Of a stretch of 64,000 bases of DNA, positions 53,333 to 64,000 are shown one piece after another. A model generated the notes under the pieces. That model searched no databases, had not been told where the DNA came from, and saw only the letters and a list, made by a program, of their open reading frames with translations. Source of the stretch: Candidatus Latescibacterota bacterium (GTDB taxonomy: Bacteria; Latescibacterota; UBA2968); assembly GCA_965198115.1 (NCBI GenBank), contig OZ240241.1, positions 2,336,001-2,400,000 on the forward strand, in the 5' to 3' direction. Every line of letters begins with the position of its first letter. The first letter of the stretch is position 1. Made by a program: the position numbers and the translations under genes.

Positions 53333-53731
53333 ATGCTCGTACTGATCACATACACGGCACGGAGGAAGCAGCTCCCGCAACCGATCACACCGCGGGAGGT
53401 GGCGGAGCGGCTGGTTAACCTCGTAGGCGAAGGCGATCGGCGGAATTACCGCTTCAGGTGGGCGGGTATCCTTGCTCAGTGCTCTACAATCGCCGACGCA
53501 GAGTCCTTGAGGGATCGTTTGAACAGCCTCCGTGCCCAGCTAAGCGCGAATCCTGACGGCTCCAACGGTGCCTTCGACTACGCGATGGTCCTGCTCAAGG
53601 ACAGGTTGGGATGGGACTTCTTCCCTGATCCACTGGATCAACGAAGTGATTGGCCGAATCGTCCGGATCTGACGGATCTGACGGATCTGACGGATCTGAC
53701 GGATCTGACGGATCTTCTACAAAACGGATGA
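53333..53731 (+). CDS. Hypothetical protein, possibly a remnant, with a DLT repeat tail
   Basis: GGAGGAG RBS before ATG 53333; stop overlaps ATG 53728. Confidence 0.4.
   Translation: MLVLITYTARRKQLPQPITPREVAERLVNLVGEGDRRNYRFRWAGILAQCSTIADAESLRDRLNSLRAQLSANPDGSNGAFDYAMVLLKDRLGWDFFPDPLDQRSDWPNRPDLTDLTDLTDLTDLTDLLQNG
53664..53715. repeat. 9-bp tandem repeat (CGGATCTGA) x5.8
   Basis: Perfect copies read directly from the sequence. Confidence 0.95.
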
Positions 53732-55760
53732 GACGAGAAAAAATAACTATCAAGAACCTAAGTGCATGGGTTCATAAATATTATTACGTATGTTCTGAAC
53801 ATTATTTGTAGCTTATGTTCTCCTTCAAAAGGAGGAGAACAATGCCAAGACGTTCGCCTTATGTGGTGCTACTGTCTGAGAAGGAACGGGTCGACCTCGA
53901 GCGAATGGCTGGACAATATACGTTATCGTATTATCAAGTGATCCGATCGAAAATCGTGCTTCTCGCCGCCGAGGGATTATCCAACAAGATTATCGCCCAA
54001 CGGTTGGATGTCCCGCGTCCGATCGTAAGCAAATGGCGTAAGCGCTTTTTCGAAGAGCGTCTTTCGGGACTCGAAGATAGATCTCGTCCCGGGCGCCCGC
54101 CCGGTTTTCCCCCCCTCAGGTGGTCGTTCAGATCAAGGCGCTGGCGTGTGAACTACCGAGCGAGAGCGGGATACCGCTCTCGCGGTTCAGCTGTTCCGAG
54201 ATTGCCGCCGAGGCAGTGCAAAGGGGCTTCGTTGCCAAGATCAGCGGCGCCACTGTCTGGCGCTGGTTGAACGAGGACGCGATTCGTCCTTGGTATCATC
54301 GCTCCTGGATTTTCCCACGGGACCCGGACTTCCAAACCAAAGCAGGTAGAGTCCTTGATCTGTATCACCGCCAATGGCAAGGAAAGCCTTTAGGGCCGAG
54401 GGAATATGTACTTTCTGCCGACGAAAAGACCAGTATTCAAGCACGAGCTCGCAAGCACGTTACCCTACCGCCAGCCTCGAACAGAGCGGCACGCGTTGAA
54501 ACACGAATACGAGCGGAAAGGAGCCCTGGCCTATCTGGCTGTTCTCGACGTGCACAATGGTCGAATCTTCGGTCTCTGTGAGTCTTCTTCGGGTATCGAG
54601 CCCTTCAACCGGCTCCTGAGCCTGATCATGAGCCGGAAACCCTATTGCTCGGCAAAGAAAGTCTACCTCATCGTGGATAATGGCTCCTCGCACCGAGGGC
54701 AAACATGCATCGACCGTATCCAGGGGAAGTGGCCAAACATCCACCCCGTTCACCTTCCGATCCACGCAAGCTGGCTCAATCAGATCGAGATCTACTTCTC
54801 GATCCTCAAACGCAAGGCTCTGACACCTATCGAATTTGCATCGCTCGAAGAGCTTGAGGCAAGAATCCTCGGTTTTCAGGAACGCTACGGACGTATCGCC
54901 ACACCCTTCAAATGGAAGTTCACACGAACAGATCTCGCGGAGATGATCGACAAACTCAGGTTCTACGATACGCCCTTGGCAAAGTCTGCTTAGAATACGT
55001 CACCGTATTTGAGAACAGGAGTACTAAGGACAATCGGCACAACACTTCTAATTCTTGGAGCAATGCTCTTCGACAGTCCGGGCAGGGCGGATGAGTTCGA
55101 TTACCCGGACGAGGAAGAGATCCCGGATCTGTCCGGATCTGGCGGGAAACTCGACAAGAAGGCTGCGGTAAATCTGATCCCGGAACAGAGAGCCCTTGAA
55201 TTCCTCGAGCGCTCGACCATCGCCTATGGCACTCCGGTGGGGCTGGGCGGAGCAGAGAAACTGGTGTTCGAAGCGGAGATCGCCACCCACCTGCACTTTT
55301 TCAGCAACCTTCGTCGCCAGGCGGAGCATGGGGAACCCTTCGCCTGGGGCGCGCTGTTTTCGTTTCTACCCCACCTTCGCATGTACAATACGTCTTCCAA
55401 TCCCGTCAAAATGCCTTCTTACAAGCCTCGCGTAGGTCTTCAGCTCTTCTGGTTCCCAAAGAACAGCAATACTAAATCAGTGAAGTTGCTCGGCGCGATG
55501 CTGGCAGTCGGGCATTATTCGAACGGCCAATCAGGATACACTTATGTCACCGGCGTCCCCGACACGGACCCGATCTGTTGCCGAACGAACAGTCTGGTTG
55601 AGAATCTCGATCTTGCGAAGGAGCTCAATCGTCGGAGTGGAGGTTTTTCCACGAACTACGTAAGTCTGCAAGTCGGTCTGAGGTGGATGATTCTGGACGA
55701 CAACAGAATCCCCCGGCAGTCCGTATCTCTCGTTCTGAGACCGATGTTCCGCCTTAAAAA
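53728..55760 (+). pseudogene. Outer-membrane phospholipase A-like protein; IS630 in the signal peptide, 3' end lost at ISL3
   Basis: MRREKITIKNL|RTIGTTLLILGAML rejoins in frame; SSNPVKMPSYKP and GHYSNGQ (HxSNG). Confidence 0.65.
53761..55024 (+). mobile_element. IS630-family element; transposase in three pieces (53842-54993)
   Basis: TA duplication; imperfect ~31-bp IRs; KWRKRF..GLEDRSRPGRP, TTTTCCCCCCC slip site, SADEK, HEYER, VDN, HASWLNQIEIYF; extra frameshift ~54500. Confidence 0.9.
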
Positions 55761-57180
55761 GGCTCTATCCGGGTTTCTCAACGGTGAAACTATAGAATGA
55801 CAAGGTCATAGATCGTTCCCTACGCTTGGTTGTGTGTGTAGGACAATCAAAGCGAAGGGGGTGCGACCTATGACCGGGAGCAGATTACTATCGAAACTGC
55901 TGAGATTCAAGGGGTTCCGTGTTGTCAGCTGGTGGTTTGAGGGGAGAAGCTGCTTCGTCATCGCCGTAAAGCCACATAAGAATGGTTGTTGTTGTCCGGA
56001 GTGCGGCCGTCGAGGTAAAATCGTCCGCACAATGCCCCATCCGCGTCGGTGGCGTGACATTCCGGTGTGCGGGTGGAGGGTCTGGCTTCTCTACCATCCT
56101 CGGGAGATTCGGTGTCCTACCCACGGTCGTGTGGTCGAGGAGATTCCGTGGGCGGAGCGGTTCTCTCGGGTGACGTATCGCTTCGAGTATGCCATGCTGC
56201 GCTACTGCCAGACCATGACGCAGAAGGCGGCGTCCGAGTTACTGCGCATCTCTGCCTCGACGCTGTCGGATCTCCTTCACCGATCCATCACGCGGCTTCG
56301 TGAAGGTCATCGTATCCGAGGGCTCAAAACCATCGGGATCGACGAGATCTCCTACGCCAAGCGTCACAGGTACGCCACGCTCGTTTACGATCTGGACCGC
56401 TCCTGCGTGGTGTGGGTTGGCCGCGGCAGGGCGCGTAAAACGATCGATCGGTTCTTCACAGAGGCTCTCAGTCCCTACCGGAGATCCAAGATCGAGTGGG
56501 CCTGCTGCGACATGAGCGAAGCTTACATCGGAGCCATCCAGGAACACTGTCCGAATGCCAAGCTGGTCCTCGATCGCTTTCACATCGTCAAGGCTCTCAA
56601 TGCCGCCGTTGACGAGGTCCGTAAGGACCAGTGGCGTAAAGCTGCCCCGGATGAGCGCAAAGCCATGAAGGGCCTCCGATGGCTCCTCTACCGGCACTCA
56701 GCGACACGCTCCAGAGGGGATACTCGGACACTCAAAGCACTGGAGAAGGCGAACTACCGAATCTATAGAGCCTGGAGACTCAAGGACGAGTTCGAGCAGT
56801 TCTGGGAATACAAAGCGCCCTGGGCTGCCGAACGCTTCCTGAAATGCTGGACGACGTCCGCACTCAGAAGTCGACTTGAACCCCTGCGAAAGTTCGTCAG
56901 GACCCTGCGACAGCACTTCTTCGGCGTCCTCGCATTCGTGAACACGCGTCTTACCAACGCCATCGCCGAAGGCCTCAACCGAATCGTCCAAATCGTCAAG
57001 AACCGAGCCAGCGGATTCCGCACACTCGACGCATTCAACGATATGATCTTCCTTACCGTCGGAGACATAAACATCCCTGAGCAGATTCCGAAGAGGTTCC
57101 GCACACGCTAACCGCGCCCCCATGCCAGGAACCACGGCACCTTCACCCACTTCATCTCGTTGAGAGATCCGGATATAGCC
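55761..57180 (+). mobile_element. ISL3 copy 4, full length 1420 bp; transposase 55834-57111; no TSD
   Basis: Both IRs present; flanks CTTAAAAA and TTTTTTTC differ. Confidence 0.97.
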
Positions 57181-57448
57181 TTTTTTTCTCCCACACGGAC
57201 TCGAACAGGTCGAACTGACCGGTGTCGGTGCGCGGGTGGTTGACGGCGGGGCGAATCGTTTTGATGGCGACACGCCGCTGATACAGATCCCGGAACAATC
57301 GAATGGCGCTGGTGGTGATGGTCGCGATGTCGACTGTGGGGTGTGGCCAGTGCGTGGTTTTTTGTGTGGTGCGATTGTCCGTGTAAGTCAGCACGCAGGT
57401 GAGGTGATGCGTCTGGACGTTTTCCATTCGCAGGGCGTGACAGATTTT
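57181..57448 (-). pseudogene. C-terminal (little finger) fragment of a Y-family DNA polymerase (DinB-like)
   Basis: KICHALR...LTYTD...AIRLF...RRVAIK...QFDLF (clamp-binding-like motif). Confidence 0.65.
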
Positions 57449-57738
57449 ACCGTCAGCGCGGATTGCTGCCCCGCCCAGTTCTTGAGTCCGGGATTTAACC
57501 CCCAGTCCCGCCACCAGTCGAGTTCGACGCCGGCGAAGCGGAGTCTGTCCTCTGTCTCTTCAAGAGATGCTTCCGCCAGACGGTCGAGCGCCGCCGAGAG
57601 ATCCGGAGTCACAAAGCGGAATCGATCGTTCGACTCGAACCCGGTCTTTAGTCTCCGGTTTGCGCGCCAGGCGAGATGCGCCAATCCGGCACACGCGAAT
57701 ACTTCTCCGGGATTGCGGGGATCGATGTGCCACTCCAT
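57449..57738 (-). pseudogene. 5' fragment of type I-G (I-U) Cas8g/Csb3-like gene
   Basis: IDPRNPGEVFACAGLAHLA...LDWW...KNWAGQQS. Confidence 0.65.
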
Positions 57739-57745
57739 TACGCTC

Positions 57746-57799
57746 TCACTTTCCATTGCGACTCGACACGTAGGCATCCGCAGCCTTAAGAAGAGCCTC
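57746..57799 (-). pseudogene. Last 17 codons of a type I-G Cas3-like gene
   Basis: EALLKAADAYVSSRNGK*, directly upstream of the cas8g-like start. Confidence 0.55.
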
Positions 57800-59086
57800 T
57801 TGGGGTTTGCCACGAAATAAGTGCTGCACTTTTCAAGGTAATGATCTTACGCTCGGAGTGTGGACGTCGAAACTCTCCGAACGAAGTATGAAGCCTTGGC
57901 TCCGGTGCTGACGGAACGCACGCGTCGTCTGTGGGCCGCCACGGAAGCCGAAGCGTTGGGTCACGGTGGGATCGCGATTGTGGCTCTGGCGACAGGAATG
58001 TCCAGAGAGCGGATCTTTCGTGGCATTCAGGAGTTGAGGTCGGACGAACCTTTGGACCCGGCTCGCATCCGGCGTCCAGGCGGCGGTCGTAAGCGGAAGG
58101 CCGACACGGACCCGACGCTGTGGCAGGACCTGAATGATCTGGTCGAGCCAACGACTGCGGGGTCGCCTGACGACAATCCTCTGAGATGGACATCGAAGAG
58201 CACTCGCAAACTGGCCGCCGAGTTGCAAGCGATGGGGCATTCGGTGAGCCCCAGGATCGTTGCCAATCTCCTGCACGAACACGATTACACGCTGCAGGCG
58301 AATCGGAAGACAAGGGAGGGATCTGCACACCCGGATCGGGACGCTCAGTTCGTTTACCTCGATGATCGGATTAGCCAGCAGCAGCAGCAGGGCCTTCCCG
58401 TTATCTCGGTGGACACCAAGAAGAAAGAGTTGATCGGCGACTTCAAGAATCCTGGCCGAGAATGGCGACCCAAGGGAGACCCGGAGCGTGTGAAGGTACA
58501 CGATTTCATAGTGCCTGCTCAGGGCAAGGCGATCCCTTATGGAGTGTATGATCTGAGCCGTGATGAAGGCTGGGTAAGTGTCGGTATCGATCACGACACG
58601 GCCAGCTTCGCCGTGAATGCGATCCGAAGTTGGTGGAAGAACATGGGACGGCCCGCCTACGGCACTTCGACGCATCTGCTAATCACGGCGGACGCAGGCG
58701 GCAGCAACGGCGCCAAGACGCGGCTGTGGAAGTGGGAGCTGCAGCGCTTTGCGAATCGCACTGGCCTGACGATCACCGTATGCCACTACCCTCCTGGCAC
58801 TAGTAAGTGGAACAAGATCGAACATCGCCTGTTCTCCTTCATCGCTATGAACTGGCAAGGCAAGCCCCTGGTCAGCCTGGCTGCAACCGTGAATCTCATT
58901 GCCGGAACGACCACTCAAGCCGGTCTCCGAGTACGCTCCGAGATCGACAAGCGACCCTACCCTAACGGGGTCAAGGTGACCGATGAACAGATGACCCAAA
59001 TCGATCTCACTCCGCACGATTTCCACGGCGACTGGAACTACACGATCCGGCCAATGGCTCAACATTGAGATCGACCGTTTATTTAT
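57800..59086 (+). mobile_element. ISAzo13-family element; transposase 57860-59068; right end cut by ISL3 (left boundary approximate)
   Basis: RIRRPGGGRK, LRWTSKS, HPDRDAQF, ISVDTKKKELIG, ADAGGSN, PPGTSKWNKIEHRLF, WNYTI. Confidence 0.92.
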
Positions 59087-60303
59087 GGCTATATCCGGAT
59101 CTCTCAACGAGATGAAGTGGGTGAAGGTGCCGTGGTTCCTGGCATGGGGGCGCGGTTAGAGTGTGCGGAACCTCTTCGGAATCTGCTCAGGGATGTTTAT
59201 GTCTCCGACGGTAAGGAAGATCATATCGTTGAATGCGTCGAGTGTGCGGAATCCGCTGGCTCGGTTCTTGACGATTTGGACGATTCGGTTGAGGCCTTCG
59301 GCGATGGCGTTGGTAAGACGCGTGTTCACGAATGCGAGGACGCCGAAGAAGTGCTGTCGCAGGGTCCTGACGAACTTTCGCAGGGGTTCAAGTCGACTTC
59401 TGAGTGCGGACGTCGTCCAGCATTTCAGGAAGCGTTCGGCAGCCCAGGGCGCTTTGTATTCCCAGAACTGCTCGAACTCGTCCTTGAGTCTCCAGGCTCT
59501 ATAGATTCGGTAGTTCGCCTTCTCCAGTGCTTTGAGTGTCCGAGTATCCCCTCTGGAGCGTGTCGCTGAGTGCCGGTAGAGGAGCCATCGGAGGCCCTTC
59601 ATGGCTTTGCGCTCATCCGGGGCAGCTTTACGCCACTGGTCCTTACGGACCTCGTCAACGGCGGCATTGAGAGCCTTGACGATGTGAAAGCGATCGAGGA
59701 CCAGCTTGGCATTCGGACAGTGTTCCTGGATGGCTCCGATGTAAGCTTCGCTCATGTCGCAGCAGGCCCACTCGATCTTGGATCTCTGGTAGGGACTGAG
59801 AGCCTCTGTGAAGAACCGATCGATCGTTTTACGCGCCCTGCCGCGGCCAACCCACACCACGCAGGAGCGGTCCAGATCGTAAACGAGCGTGGCGTACCTG
59901 TGACGCTTGGCGTAGGAGATCTCGTCGATCCCGATGGTTTTGAGCCCTCGGATACGATGACCTTCACGAAGCCGCGTGATGGATCGGTGAAGGAGATCCG
60001 ACAGCGTCGAGGCAGAGATGCGCAGTAACTCGGACGCCGCCTTCTGCGTCATGGTCTGGCAGTAGCGCAGCATGGCATACTCGAAGCGATACGTCACCCG
60101 AGAGAACCGCTCCGCCCACGGAATCTCCTCGACCACACGACCGTGGGTAGGACACCGAATCTCCCGAGGATGGTAGAGAAGCCAGACCCTCCACCCGCAC
60201 ACCGGAATGTCACGCCACCGACGCGGATGGGGCATTGTGCGGACGATTTTACCTCGACGGCCGCACTCCGGACAACAACAACCATTCTTATGTGGCTTTA
60301 CGG
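59087..60303 (-). mobile_element. ISL3 copy 5, missing the left ~203 bp
   Basis: IRR at 59087; identity ends at 60303. Confidence 0.95.
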
Positions 60304-61013
60304 AGTGGGGCCACGCCCCGGCACACATGCCGGAAGAGCTTCGCCCCTTGTTCCGGCTGGATCATGACAACATTCACTACAAGCCTGGGCGGAAACCGAC
60401 AGACGGCGAGGACAGAGGCGGGACGCTCCACGGCGGCCCTGGCAGCTGGCATATCACGTGTGTGTATGAACTCGAGACGGTCGGACCCAATGACGGGGGC
60501 TTCGGGTGCGTTGTCGGCACACACAAGCCGGCCAATGAGCAGAAACTGCTGGACATCGACGGCGACTGGAAGGCGAACTGGTGCGACACGGAGTGGACGT
60601 CGAAGCTGCCGAACTGGGATGAAGATGTGCCGGTGCACCGCGTCGAGGCCAAGGCCGGGGACTGCATTCTGTTCACTGAGAAGCTCAAACACGGTACGAT
60701 TCCGTGGGCGGGGAGCGACGAGCGCCGCACGCTCTTCTACAAGTACGTTCCTTTCGGCATGCACCACGGCGACGTTGCGTACGACACGAACGACCCCGAA
60801 CTCACCGAGCGACAGAAACGTATCCTGGAGTTCTCGCCGTGCTGGTTTAACGAGCCCCGGGAGGACAAAAACTACTCCGCGAACCCGGCGCTCACAGAGC
60901 TCCATCCGCTGGCGCGTGTGGAGAGCGACCCGAGTGGGTTGCTGCCGGGCATGTCGCCGCCGCGCATCCGGCTGACGGACGAGACCAAGGCGAGGCTGCA
61001 AAGCGCCGGTTGA
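60304..61013 (+). pseudogene. 5'-truncated PhyH family dioxygenase, HGG variant
   Basis: FRLDH, TLHGG, DGGFGCVVGTHK, AGDCILFTE..HGTIPW, RRTLFYKY. Confidence 0.8.
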
Positions 61014-61112
61014 GACTGAGCCCCCCGGGGATGTATAGTCGGCGAGCGTCGTGACAAACGGTAGATGAACCGGCCGTTATCTGTTCGCCTTCGTCGCCAA
61101 AATTTGACAATG

Positions 61113-61150
61113 AAAAGCGCCCTTTCGGGAACAACCGAAGGGGCGCTTCT
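61113..61150. terminator. Hairpin between convergent genes, probable terminator
   Basis: AAGCGCCCTTTCGG / CCGAAGGGGCGCTT stem with a flanking A run. Confidence 0.65.
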
Positions 61151-61309
61151 GTGCTTGAGAGGACAGAGGTCAGACGACAGCAACAGGCAGACGTCTACGC
61201 ACAGCATGCTTCGGAGTCCAGGAGGATGGTGGCATAGGTGCATCGCAACCCAGGACGCGACCCAGCCTTCGCTCGAACAAGGACGAGCTTCAACCGGTAC
61301 TGCCTTTTC

Positions 61310-63313
61310 CTACCACCCGTGTATCCTGTGCCCCCCATCCGGGAAGAACAGGAGATCGACGAGGGTACCCGTACCGAGTCCGGCAACATACCCCACCACA
61401 AGCCCGAAGAAGAACGGCCTCGCCCGGTTGAACAGATCGATGCCGCCGATCCTCATGATCAGGATTTTGGCAGCCCAGACCAGCAGCATGCTGAACGCGT
61501 AGTATTCCGATCCGTTCGAGTCCTGAAACGCGAGGCCGAGGGGATGCACCGGCCACTAGGGAATCCTGTTGTAGAGGACCATCAGGAGCCCCGCTCCAGC
61601 GATTCCACCTAGCCAAACCGTCGTTCTGCCTGGGTTAAACCCCGTCCGATCCGTGTCGATCACGGCAGAGACCATCCTGTGGTAGGTATCCCGATTGGCC
61701 TTGACAAGCCCGCTCAACCCGAGATTCTGCCCGGCGTGTTCGTAACCGAGGTAGATGATCAACAGACAGGAGCCGATGAACGTCGCTGAAAAAACGAGGA
61801 TCACCGTCCACGGAGTCCAGTGGCGTCTTCGGTCGGACCCGAAAAGCCTCAGGTAGTGAGGCAGGGCAGGCCGGGATGCGTTGCCTGCCGAAAAAGGCGT
61901 AGGAGTTGATCGTGCCCATCCCCACGATCTCTTTAGCGGTCATCCCGCGCGTGCCTCCCAACGACAGAATGACATTCCCTCCCTTCTCGGCGACGGGGAA
62001 CAGATAGGCAAAACCCGTCGCGGCCGTGAACTTGGCCAGCGTAAAGTATGCGATGTACATCAGCCCGAGCTGACAGACCGCCATCCACGGTGTCAGACCC
62101 ATCGCGAGAAAGCAACCCAGCAGATAGAGCGTCACCAACGAAAATCCGAGGAGCGCAACCCGATAAGGCATCACGCCGTTGTCACCGGGACCAGGGACAC
62201 CCGTTCTTGCAGCCTGCCAGACGTGCCGCAGATGGTGCCTGGCAATCCAGACCGACCACACGGCCAGAAACACCATCGCACCGTGCGATTCGAGCATGAT
62301 GAACTCCGATTTCGGTTGCCCGATCGTCGCGTTTGTGGCTGAGGAATAGCCGATCGAAACACCCAGTCGGGCCATCACGCCTTCTTTCAGGATCGCAATC
62401 AACCGGAAGAGCCAGAAACTCAGAAGCATGTCCGAGTTACACAGGTAGGTCAGACCGATGACGGGTGGCATCACGCGCAGGTAGACGGCGGGAACATCCG
62501 CCCAACCGGGAGCCCCTTGAGTTCCACCGTGTCGTAGATCGTGATCCGCGGCAATTCCTGCGTAAAGTAGCCCGCAATGTTCCACGCAATGACCAGGAAG
62601 ACGACGAGGAAACCGGCCTGGAACGCACGGTCCTTGAAAACCGGAGGAATCCGTTCCTTCCCATCGAAGCCCTCGGTCAACGCCAGGGCAAACGTGGACA
62701 GCGGAAACGTCAACCGCTCTGCGTCTTCCCATTGACGCTGGAAGACCACGGACAGACATAGTCCGGCGATCACGAGGGCGATTGAAAACGAGAACCACCA
62801 GTAGAGCGGGGCCAACCACCCTGACCATGGGATGCTGGCCCCCTCGGGCAGACCCTCGTAAAAAGCGACGATGACTTCCTTGGAATCCGTCGGATAGCAC
62901 CACCACGGCATCACATCGAACAACACTTCCTCCCACCGGTTCTCCGCCGATGCGTAGTAGACCGGTGAGCTGATGATGCCGCCCCAGTAGGCGAGCCAGC
63001 CACTCGCGGACATCGTTCCCACGATCCACGACAAGCTGTAGATCACGACCAGCTCCCCACCAGACAGCGCGAGTCGAGGAACGATCAGTCGGAGAATCGT
63101 GTTGATCAGAAGCCACGCCACGAACGGGAGCAGCATCGCCATCGGCAGCTGGGATTTCACCAGCGAAGCACCCCCGATGATCAGCCCGGCGTAGTTGCTG
63201 TAGAGATTCAGCAGGACGCCCGTGGCCACACCGAGGACCACGCCTCGGACCGTCAGCGTGGATCGAGTGCTTTCGGGCTGTGGGTATGGGGATATTTCAG
63301 CTTGCGGAGGCAT
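61310..63313 (-). pseudogene. Fourth, divergent DUF6785/6784-like membrane protein with two frameshifts and an in-frame TAG (61556-61558)
   Basis: QWEDAERLTFPL, IP*WPVHPLG, ARPFFFG, HRIHGW; shifts near 62480 and 61865. Confidence 0.85.
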
Positions 63314-63892
63314 CGAGAAGAATCGCGTCTCTCGTGCTAAATGGATGGAATGTCTGGCGTATCACAGCCCAAGATGCGGGGGCGAGAAACGGTGGGCAAG
63401 CCCTCCTCCGCTCGATGGGGCGCGAGCTTCGGCGGGGCAGGCGGGGGTGATGGAGGCGATTACGGGGACTGGAAATGGCAGCGCGGCGACGCTGTCTTTA
63501 GGGGTTCTGCAAAGCAGCCGTCGGCACCCGGCGAGCCGCAATCCCAGATCTCAGTTTTCGAATTCTCAACCGCAGGATGTCTGTGACGAGTGTCGCAGCG
63601 TTCTGGGTTATTCTTGTTGCGTGTCTGTAGATCGCACGATACACTGGAACGGAGCTTGAGATCCCCTTGAATGTGAACGAGTCCACATACTCGACAGCTA
63701 CTTCGTTCTGATTGAGGCTCTGCCGCGTGCTGTCAGCAATGCAGGGGTAACTCCCTCAAGCCGCAAAGCTAGTTCACCGTATCCCCACAATAGTCCCCGT
63801 CCCGAATAAGCACATCACGGGCCCGATGTGCCAAAGCCATCCGCTTCCTGGTGGCGGTCCAGGGCCACGGCTTCGAAGAGGAGTAGTTGAGC

Positions 63893-64000
63893 ATGGAAAA
63901 TTCCAGATTGGACACCTACACCGTGAGCCACTGGAACGAGGCGACGAGCGTGCGCGAGCGCTCAATCCTTACAGCGGAGCAGGAATTCACCTTCGATGCG
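63893..64000 (+). CDS. 5' end of a probable PhyH family gene (runs off window)
   Basis: GAGGAG RBS; ...ILTAEQEFTFDA. Confidence 0.45.
   Translation, partial: MENSRLDTYTVSHWNEATSVRERSILTAEQEFTFDA

Noticed and set aside
63320-63890. Possible ncRNA or riboswitch in the long divergent intergenic region
   Set aside because: No recognisable family consensus by eye; an Rfam/Infernal scan would be needed
57181-64000. CRISPR array near the cas remnants
   Set aside because: No regularly spaced repeat-spacer units seen here or anywhere in the window

Overview
GC-rich (~60%) bacterial chromosome segment. The gene content (many PhyH dioxygenases, Gfo/Idh/MocA oxidoreductases, amidohydrolases, ~640-aa polytopic membrane proteins, a dockerin-like EF-hand tail) resembles Latescibacterota/Poribacteria-type organisms; that assignment is inference. 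The region is eroding. Eight IS copies (5 near-identical ISL3, plus IS200/IS605 tnpA, IS630 and ISAzo13) cover about 9 kb (~14%), and more than a dozen genes carry IS insertions, frameshifts, in-frame stops or truncations. Best leads: (1) three intact tandem 640-aa membrane paralogs behind three amide/ester hydrolase genes, a candidate uncharacterised uptake-and-hydrolysis system; (2) a frameshifted proteasome/cyclosome (Rpn1/Rpn2-like) repeat protein followed by a sigma-region-4 mini-gene missed by the ORF track; (3) a remnant of a type I-G (I-U) cas3-cas8g junction fused to a dinB fragment between IS elements; (4) a Na/Pi transporter-phoU cassette flanked by diverged duplicate hisJ/GNAT pieces. 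No rRNA, tRNA or CRISPR array was seen. All family calls come from motif recognition by eye, not database searches.
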